Origin: a bacterium
GTDB lineage: Bacteria > J088 > JAWLBW01
DNA: 64,000 nucleotides
Assembly (NCBI GenBank): GCA_041690355.1
Contig: JAWLHK010000021.1
Location: 1-64,000, forward strand
Direction of reading: 5' to 3'
Positions 43,612 through 52,600 of the stretch are shown here, piece after piece; within the stretch, counting starts at the first letter, position 1, and every line of letters begins with the position of its first letter. A program made the translations under genes and the position numbers. The notes under the pieces are model-generated. The model did not search any database. It worked only from the letters and a program-made list of their open reading frames with translations, and had not been told where the DNA came from.

Positions 43612-43700
43612 CCGGCTGGTCGCTGGACGCTGGGCGCTCGGCGCTGGGCAGGAACCACAGCAAGCAGGCCACTCGTCACTCGTTACTCGTAACTTCCCTG
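43612..43700. repeat. Heptamer arrays GCTGGNC x4 (reverse orientation of GCGCCRA) followed by ACTCGTC/ACTCGTT/ACTCGTA
   Basis: ggtcgctggacgctgggcgctcggcgctgggcagg...ccactcgtcactcgttactcgtaac in a divergent intergenic region. Confidence 0.8.
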
Positions 43701-43740
43701 CTTGCGCATCCTCGCCCCCTCCGACGACAATGTGCACACC

Positions 43741-44280
43741 ATGGCCTTGCCGTCGACGATGTACAACTTCACGATCGGCCTCTCGCACGTCGACCGCGGC
43801 GTCTACGAGACGCTCGCCGTGCGCGCGGCCCGGCATCCGTCGGAATCGGAGGGGTACCTCGCGGCGCGCGTGCTCGCCTATGCGCTCGAATACACCGAGG
43901 GGATCCAGTTCGCGCCCGGCGGCCTCTCCGACACCGACGCGCCCGCGGTGCAGGTGCGCGATCTGACGGGGGCCTGGGTCTCGTGGATCGAAATCGGCAA
44001 CCCCGACCCCGCCCGCCTGCACAAGGCCGCGAAGGCCGCGCCCCGCGTCGCCGTCTATACGCACAAGGATCCGCACCTGCTGCTGCGGCAGCTCGCGGGC
44101 CAGAAGATTCACCAGGCCGAGCGCATCGAAATCTACAGCTTCGACCCCGCGTTTCTCCAGGGCCTGCTCGATCGGCTGGATCGCCGGATGAATTTCGAAC
44201 TTTCCGTCAGCGACGGGCAGCTGTATCTGGATGTCGGCGGAAAATCTTTCCAGGGTGCGCTCACGCGGCACGCGATCTGA
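43741..44280 (+). CDS. yaeQ: YaeQ family protein
   Basis: MALPSTMYNFTIGLSHVDRGVYETLAVRAARHPSESEGYLAARVLAYALE resembles E. coli YaeQ. Internal ATG at 43741. Confidence 0.7.
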   Translation: MALPSTMYNFTIGLSHVDRGVYETLAVRAARHPSESEGYLAARVLAYALEYTEGIQFAPGGLSDTDAPAVQVRDLTGAWVSWIEIGNPDPARLHKAAKAAPRVAVYTHKDPHLLLRQLAGQKIHQAERIEIYSFDPAFLQGLLDRLDRRMNFELSVSDGQLYLDVGGKSFQGALTRHAI

Positions 44281-44310
44281 AGCGCCGAGCGCTGAGCGCC
44301 GAGGAAGCAC
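44281..44310. repeat. Short GCGCCGA/GCGCTGA heptamer array copy
   Basis: agcgccgagcgctgagcgccgagg, directly after the yaeQ stop. Confidence 0.7.
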
Positions 44311-44349
44311 GTTCCCTTCCGCTCGGCGTTCCGGCGTGGGAAATGCCCT

Positions 44350-44922
44350 TCAGCCCGCGATGGTCCTGTTCGGCGGAACCTTGCCCGACACCGGCGCGCG
44401 CAGGTGGTTGGTCACGAGCAGCGTGAGCAGCGGAACGATGAGGTAAGCGCCCGCCAGGGTCGTGAACATCAGGAAGGTCGGGTCGGTCGCCGCCGGAACC
44501 GCCTTCCCCGCATGGTAGGCCGCGTGGTCGCCGATGTGATTGTACGGCCCCCAGACAGCAGCCATCACGGCGCCGAAAGCGAGCGCGCCGGTCACCATCG
44601 GAGCGAACGCCCGCCCCCAGGCCATGCGTCCGCTCGTGGCCCAGTGACACCCGAGCAGCAGCGCGAGAAACAGGAACCCCTCGAGCAGCAGCGCGCCCCC
44701 CCACCCGACCTGCGTCCAGGGGATCACGTACGCCAGGTTCCAGTCGGGATACCAGCGGAAGGCGAACAGCGAATCCGGGCAGTGAAACAGGCCGCCGAAG
44801 AGCGCGGTCTGCCGCAGGCTGCGGCGCCGCCAGGCCGCACGGTCCCCGCCGGAAGCGCGCAGGTTCGAGGCGGCGATCAATCCGCCGAACATGATGGAGA
44901 CGGGAACGTCAGGGAGAAACAT
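44350..44922 (-). CDS. Hypothetical integral membrane protein
   Basis: 190 aa with about 5 hydrophobic segments. No recognisable family. Confidence 0.45.
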   Translation of the reverse strand: MFLPDVPVSIMFGGLIAASNLRASGGDRAAWRRRSLRQTALFGGLFHCPDSLFAFRWYPDWNLAYVIPWTQVGWGGALLLEGFLFLALLLGCHWATSGRMAWGRAFAPMVTGALAFGAVMAAVWGPYNHIGDHAAYHAGKAVPAATDPTFLMFTTLAGAYLIVPLLTLLVTNHLRAPVSGKVPPNRTIAG

Positions 44923-45472
44923 GGCTCGTCCTTCCGGGGCGCCTGCGGCGCGTACCCCCTGGAAAGCCTACCCCGTGCCGCGCCGACTGTCGAAGGGCGG
45001 GGAATCACCGCCCCGGTACGCGGACGGTCGCCGACTCCGTGGTGCCCTTCACCTGGTCGCGAAGGGTGACCTCGTATTCCCCCGCAGACAGGCCCCCGAT
45101 GCGGAAGCGGAGCATCTACGGCTGGATGAGCTGGATACAGATCACCTCGCTGTCCGGGGGCGGCGGCGGCAGCAGGCGCACCTCGACAGCTTTCCCCGAC
45201 ACCTTCGCGTCCCACTCCGGAAAGGGGGCACACGGGGTCGCCTTCTCGTCGATTTCGATGACCGAGATTGTATCCCCGGCCACAGCGACCCGCTCGCGCA
45301 ACGGCGGAATCTGCGTGAAGCGATGCCGCTCGCAGACCTCGACCCGCAGATCGGTCGTTTCGGTCACCTTCTTCCACCCCGACTCCGCCGCTCACACGCG
45401 AAGATGTCGATGGGACGGGTGAGGGTCCCGTTCCGCAGCATCTGGAACTTCTCCCAGAGATGCGGTATGGGT

Positions 45473-45838
45473 TGGAAAGGGGCGAGGAGCATGAACGCGG
45501 CGAACAGTAACAGGGCCGGCCACGGCGACGGCATCGCGCTGGTCGAGTTCCTCCACGAGCGTTTTCCCCGCCTGCGGATCGTCGTCTTCTCCATGCTTCC
45601 CGAGGAAAGTTTCGCCCCGCGCGCCCTGGCGGCCGGAGCGTCGGCCTACCTGTCGAAGAACAAGCCCCCCGGCGACCTCGTCACGGCAATCAAAGCGGTC
45701 CTCGAACGCGGAAAATACGTTTCCGAGGCGCAGGAGGATCTTTTGCTCGTCCACCGCATCAAGCGCAAGCTCGGGCGAGCTCCCTGGGCGATCTGGTGGC
45801 CTACAGTCTCCGGCACAAGCTGCTCGGATCCTGACCCC
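45473..45838 (+). pseudogene. Fragment resembling the C-terminal half of a response-regulator receiver domain (possible gene remnant)
   Basis: GDGIALVEFLHERFPRLRIVVFSMLPEESFAPRALAAGASAYLSKNKPPGDLVTAIKAVLE matches the alpha3-beta5 half of a NarL/LuxR-type receiver. It shares the RFPRLRI motif with the downstream gene. No phospho-acceptor half and no HTH. Confidence 0.3.
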
Positions 45839-45968
45839 AGGCTCGTCCAGAATTCCCCGTCTCCTCGGACCACCGGGGCCGGAACCGCTCCACGCCGCGT
45901 GTAATGATTTGCAGATTGTCTTCTGGGGGATTCCCGTTAGGCTGTAGGGGAGTTCTGGAGTTCCCTGC

Positions 45969-46550
45969 ATGCCGACCGCCGTCGACCGCATCATCATTGC
46001 CGGCGCAGAGCCGATTGTCCGGTATGGCCTCACCCGCCTTCTGGCAGAGCACGGGATACCGGCCACGGCCATCGATGCACCGGCCGCGGACCTCGCCGGC
46101 CTGGACTTCTCGGGCGTCGACGTTCTGCTGCTCGCGCATCCTTGCGGAAGCGCCGATGTGAGGCCAGATGCCGAGGCGCTCGCTGCGCGGTTTCCCCGTC
46201 TGCGCATCCTTCTACACGACGACGATGCTGCGGAATCGCTTGTTCCCTCCCGCCCGACGGTGGCCCTGCTTCCCCGCTCGTCCGCCCCTGAAGCGATCGT
46301 GGCCTCGCTGCGCGAGCTTGCCGGCATTCCGGCGCCTTCTTCGGCATCGAAGCAGCGAATTTCCGGTGCGCTTTCCACCCGGGAACGAGAGATCCTGCGC
46401 CTGCTTGCCGGGGGGCGCAAACCGGTCGAGATTGCCCGCCTGATGGATCTGCGGATCGGAACGGTGACATCGCACACGCACCGCATCAAGAAGAAGCTCG
46501 GCGCGCGCTCGCTCGGCGAGCTGGTGCTGATGGGGAACCGGCTGCGGTAG
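45969..46550 (+). CDS. LuxR-family transcriptional regulator with a degenerate (probably non-phosphorylatable) receiver domain
   Basis: C-terminal HTH LSTREREILRLLAGGRKPVEIARLMDLRIGTVTSHTHRIKKKL. The N-terminal receiver-like fold lacks the conserved Asp pair (IIIAGAEPIV). Confidence 0.75.
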   Translation: MPTAVDRIIIAGAEPIVRYGLTRLLAEHGIPATAIDAPAADLAGLDFSGVDVLLLAHPCGSADVRPDAEALAARFPRLRILLHDDDAAESLVPSRPTVALLPRSSAPEAIVASLRELAGIPAPSSASKQRISGALSTREREILRLLAGGRKPVEIARLMDLRIGTVTSHTHRIKKKLGARSLGELVLMGNRLR

Positions 46551-46664
46551 CCGTCCCTTCCCTGCGACGCCCCTTCCCTGCGACGCCCTTGCCCACTGCC
46601 GCGGCCCCCACTCCGTGCTCAAGGTTGAGAAACATTGAAGTGACCGGTACGTCAGGCCAGAACT

Positions 46665-49600
46665 TCAGAAAACGGACACCAGTGTCACGTCGCTGGCCTC
46701 GAGACGACCGTTGAACCGATGCACTACTTTCAGCGACTTGCTCAGGAAGTCGTAGTAGCTGATGTACCCTCTATCCTCGCCGTCCAGAGCCAGAGCGGTG
46801 TCGGCCTGCACATAGGAGTCGCTATCGAGGATTGCCGTCACCCATCGGCCGCTCGCATTGGTGGCGTACTTCAAGTCATCGTCGGCCGACTCGATATAGC
46901 TGATGTGGATAGCGCCCCGCGAATCGACGACGATGGAGGTGTAGAGGCCATTGAATCCGAGGCTGTCTACGACGGCCACCGTCCAGATGCCACCCTGGTT
47001 CGTAGCGTACTTGAGCTGACTGCCGTCGTTTCCCCGGTAACTGATATGAACGGCTCCCTGGGCGTCGAGGGCGAGCGAAGAATACATGCCGGAGTTCGAG
47101 TCGACCGTGACGACAGACCATGTGCCGTCCGAATTCTGTGCGTATTTCAGACTGCTCGCGCTATAGAAACTGAGGTGGGCGACATCATTCGCATCAATCC
47201 CCAACGAAGGGCGGTTGTTCCACCACGACGCTACCGTCTCGACTTGCCAGAGGCCACCGGCCTGCCGGGCATACTTGACCTGCAGGTTCGTGCGATCGAC
47301 GTAGGCAATGTGAACGTCGCCGGCCGAGTCGAACGCCATCGAAGAAAATTCGCCCACGTCCCCCACGTCATCGACAGTTTCAATCTCCCAGAAGCCTGAC
47401 ACGTTCCTTGCGTATTTCAGGCTGGTGTTCGACGTGTCGTAGTAGGAAATGTGCGGATTGCCTCCCGCGTCCAAACGGAGCGACGTATGTTGTCCGACGC
47501 TGCCCGGCGAGTCGATGGTCGCAATCGACCATCCCTGCGTTGCCCCGGCAGGATAGCCTTCGGCGTACTTGAGGTCCTGCGCATCTTCATGGTAGTAGCT
47601 GACGTGGCTTCTCCCCTCTGCATCGACGGAGAGCGACGAGTATGTGCCGGCCCGGCCCGACAGGCTGAACCCGTCTACCGTTTCGGAATGAAGCGAGCTC
47701 TCGACCAGGACTACGTATTTCAGATATCGGTTGGTGGAATCCTGGTACGCGATATGCACGTCGCCGTACCGGGACACGGCCAATGAGGTGAAAAACCCGA
47801 CGCTTCCGGCAGAGTCGAGGGTCGAAACGCTGAATGAGCCGCCGGCATTCGTCGCGTACTTGAGATCCGCCCCCGCGGCCGTGTAGTAGCTGATGTGCAC
47901 ATGACCTTCGCCATCCAGGCCCAGCGACGAGTACCACCCGTTATTTCCGCCATCGACTTCGACCGAACTCCATCCGCCCCCCGCATTGGTTCCGTACCGG
48001 AGCCTGGGGCCGAAGACGCTGTAGCTGATGTGGATCTTATCCTGTGCATCGACCACGAGCGAGCTATGCTGCCCCACCAGCGAGCCGCTCTCGAGCGTAC
48101 TGACACTCCAGGTGCCGGCGGCCCGGTAAGCATACTTCAGACCGCCGTTCGTCACGTCGTAGTAACTGATATGGGGCTCGCCCGAAGAGTCGAGCGCGAT
48201 GGACGTATACCGGCCGACATCGGCGATCGTCGCGTCGACAGCTGTGGTCACCCACACGCCGCTTTCGATCGTCGCGTACTTCAGGTCACCGTTCGTCACG
48301 TCATAGTAGCTGACGTGAGGAATACCGGAGGCATCGACGGCGATATCCGTATACTGGCCGACGTTCTCAACCACGTTATCAACCGTCGTGGGCACCCAGC
48401 CCCCCGATTGATTGGTGGCATATTTCAGGTTGCCGTTGGTGGAATCGTAGTAGCTGATATGGCTCTTGCCCGTGTTGTCGACGGCAATCGAAGCGTACTT
48501 GCCGACCTGCCCGGCTTCGATATACGTCGTCTCCCATGCACCACCCGAATCGGTGCCGTACACCAGGCCGCCCGACAGATACTCGTGATAGGCCACGTGC
48601 GCGCCACCCACGGCATCCAGCCCGAGCGACATGAACTCGGGCATGTGGCTCGACGACGACTCGACCGCGATCCGTTCGCTGAGTCTAAGCGGCACGGTGC
48701 TCAACTGCACCAGTGAATTGTCCTGATTCGCCACCCTGAAGAGGAGTTTTTCATTGAAGCGCCGTGCACCGGGCGGCGTCCGTACCCATGACGTCGCGTT
48801 GGAGAGCAGCTGTTCGGTATGCGTCACGCCGGTTACGTCATCGTACTGGTATTCACCGACGATGCTGAACGTGCCCGTACCGACGAGAAAGTCGTACTGG
48901 GTGAGGCCGTCGGCGCGCCGCGTCCACGTGACGGTCGTTATCGGGCTGTTGGGCTGTGCGCTCGCGATGATCGACCAGTCTGATGCGTTGCCATAGGCAT
49001 CGATGGCCCGCGCGCGATAGTTATGCTTGAAGCCGGGCTGCGTGACACTGTCGACATAGGTCACCTGAGGGGGCACGAGAGAGGCCAGCAGCCCGAAATT
49101 CTGGTCCTTTCCGTTGACGAATCGCATGAGCTCGACTCGGCTCGCACCCGAAACCAGGCCCCAGCTCAGCTCTACCGTATTCGCACTCAGGGCAAACCCG
49201 TCGCCGTCGACGTCAATGACCTGCAAGGCAGGCGCGTTCGGCGGCGTCTGATCGAGAACGATGCTTCCGCTCGCCACCACTTCATTCCTTGCGCGGTCGC
49301 GTACCGCCATGAAGACGCTCTTCGTTCCATCCCCGTCGGGCAGGTACCAGTCGAATGACGACGCGATTGGCTCCCACGACGCGCCCGTGAAGCTGGCCAG
49401 GTTGCTGACCCGCATTTCAACGGCATCCGTCAGATCGACGCCGAGCACGGTCACGGTTACGGCCCGGCTCGCTGTCGTACCCGTGAGACCGTCGTGCCCC
49501 TGCAGGCTTACCGTAAAGGGATCAACCTGCGTATCCAAGGTGACCGTTCGCGCATAGCACGCGCTCTCGCTTCCAGCATCGTTCGCATACTGAACCGAGA

Positions 49601-52600
49601 TCGTCTTTTCTCCGTCGCCGCCGGACAGCGTCATGCTCCTTGTCGTCGTATACGCTTCGGGAACGAACGCGCAACCGCCCCCCTCTCCGACCTTGGCCTG
49701 GGTGGCGCCCGAAGAGCTGAGCTGCAGCGTAATCGCCGTGCTGTTGACCCATTCGCCCTCCAGAATCGTGAACCCACCGGCGATAGACGTCTGCGGAATA
49801 CTGGTGTCGAGCACAAGCGTGGCCTTGGTTACCGGACCGGCATTGCCGAGGGTGTCAAAGTAACGGAGGTAGACATCGTGAAAGCCGTCGTCGGCATTGA
49901 CGAGCGAATACGCAAAATCCGAAAGCGTGCATCCCATGACGGTGCCCGTCGGCGCGATAAAACCGAGGTCTTCGGAGAGTTCGGCGTAATCGCAGTCTGC
50001 GGCCAGCGTGCTGGAGGCGATCGTGAGGTTCGCCGTATTTGAATATCCTGGCTTGGCTTCTGCATTTCCGCGGACGGTAAAGATTCTGGGGGTCGGCCCC
50101 GTGCGATCAAGCGTGACCGCTGTTGCGTAACAATTTGCGCTCTCATTCAAGGCGCCGTCGCGGAAGCGGACGCTGATCCAGCTCTCGCCCTCGAGCGACG
50201 GAATGCTCCACAACGTCTGGGGCGACGCCTCAACCCAATTTCCCCCGGCACACGAGTCGCCATTGGAAATCTTCATGTGAGTCGTGTCGGCAGCATACGT
50301 GAGGTCGACCCCGACAAGCGTATCCTTGGTGCGCGAAACGCCGATCGAGACGGTTCCCGTCGGCCCCAGCGTATCATACGTAATCGTATCGAAGACCGGC
50401 GTCGACACGAGCCCGCCCTGGTCGACAGCCTGCAGCCATACGGTCTTCTGGCTTTCGAGACCCGGGCCGGTCGGTTCGGCAAGCGTCCAGATCTTCGTGG
50501 CCTCGTACGCCACGACATCCGTCGTCGCGAGCGCCGCCTCGGAGTTTGCAATACGTATGCCGGCGAGTCCGCTGCCGCCGTCGCTTGCCGACAGCGAAAG
50601 CGTCACCACGCTAGCGGATGTCCTGGCAGCGCCCTGATTGACGACGATGGCGCCGACTGGGTGCTGCGTATCGAGGATGATGGACTGGCTGAGTGCGACG
50701 CTTTCGTTACCCGCCGGATCGCGCAGTTGCAGATACACGGCTTTGGCGCCGTCCCCCACTGAAAGATCAAAACTGCGGGGAGACACGTGCGGCTCCCACC
50801 CCGACCCCTCGAAGTCGCTCCGTTCGCTGATGCGCATCTCGGCTTCCGGCTCATTGGTTCCGATGGTGAGCGTCACCGCTGTACTGCTGGTCGCGAAGCT
50901 CCCCCCATTGATGGCCAGGCTGTTATTGCCCGGGGCAATCGAATCGAATGTGATGCCGTCGGAGATAAAATTCGTGACCCAACCGGCCTCGTCCTGGAAC
51001 CGGGCGTAAACGGTCTTGGGCCCCTGCCCATTCGAGAGTACAAACGGCTTCGCAGCGGCGAATGGCTCCCAGCTCACGCCTGTGAAGCCGTTGTCCTCGC
51101 TGACCTGCATCAGTGACGCCCCCGTGGCAGTCAGGCTGAGCACGACCGTCTGCTCCCTTGTATACCCCTGACCGTTCGCGACGACGATACCCCCACCGGT
51201 CGGCGCTTCGCGGTCGAGAATGATCTCGTCACGGACGGCATCTTCCTCATTCCGTGCGGCATCGCGATACTTCACGTACACGGCCTTGATGCCATCCGTC
51301 CCGGGCAAGGGGTAACCCCTCTGGGTTGCAAACGGCTCCCAGGCGCCGAAGTTGACGCCATCGTCACTGAAACTCATCTCCGCAGCGCCGATCGCAGCCA
51401 GACTCAACGTAACCGTCGATGTTCGGGAATACTGGGCGCCATCATTGATCAGAATCTGCGGCGCCTCAGGCGCAATCCGGTCGATCTGTACCGTGTCGGC
51501 GACCGTCGCGCTCCAGTTTCCCGCCCCATCCTGAATTCTGGCATATAGGGTGCGTATGCCGTCCGGGCCCGAGAAGGTATAGGTTGTCACACCCGTCATC
51601 GCAAAGCGCACAGGATTCGAAAAGGCCGCGTTTTCGCTCAGTTCGGCCCAGCTTGCCCCCGTCGCCGTCAACGCGACGCTGACCGCCGCGTCGTTCGTCA
51701 ATTCCTCGCCGTCGGCCAGACTGATCGAGACGCCGGTCGGCCCCTGTGTATCAACGAACACCAGAAGCGGTCCGGCGTCGACGACGTGGCCGACGGCGTC
51801 ACGCACCTGGGCGTAGATGAGTCGATTCTCACCGGCGGGGTCGCTCGCCGCCGGTACCTCCCAGGCACGGGTCGGGCTGTAGGTTTCCCAGGCCGCGCCC
51901 GTGTACCCGGCATTGTTCGAAAGGCGCATTTGGAGCGGGCTCACCGCATCCTCGGCCTCCAGGCGCAAGCGGATCGTGGTGGTGTTTATCGTCGTAACGG
52001 GGTTACCCAGAGAGTCTTCGGCGCGGAAGAAATTCACCGCCGGGGGATTCAGGTCAACGATGATCGAATCGCTCACGGCCGTACCGAAGTTGCCCGCCCG
52101 ATCGCCGAATTTCACGTAGATCGTTCTGGGGCCCTCGCCCCCCGTAAACGGATGGACAAGCCCGGTCTGGTATGCCTGCGGCACCGCTCCCGAAAAATCA
52201 TTCGACTCCGAGAGCATCATCCACTGTACGCCGCTCGTATCGTCTATGGCCGAGAGTTGAAGCGCGAGATTGCTCGAGGCGACATAGTCGGCGCCGTTAT
52301 GAATCACGACCGAACCATATCCCGGCCCGGTACGATCCAGCACATACGAGTCGCTGACCGGTATCGTCTCCAGACCGCTCGTCTTACGGAACTTGGCGTA
52401 CAGGACCTTCGTGCCGTCGGGGCCGCTGAAGGAGACCGTTCTGGTCGGCGCGACGGCCTCCCAGGTCGCGCCCGAGAAATACGGGGCGGTCGAAAGCATC
52501 ATCTCGTCGACGTACGCCGCCCCCAGATTCACCTGCACCGTCGTGGCCGACGTGACCGAAGCCTGAATGTCGACGTACGGGGACGAAGGGACCTTCGTAT

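Noticed and set aside
44891-45472. 5' two-thirds of the 337-aa plus-strand ORF 44891..45904
   Set aside because: It overlaps the minus-strand membrane-protein gene and has a low-complexity translation. Only the 3' third (45473-45838) shows receiver-like similarity, reported as a fragment.
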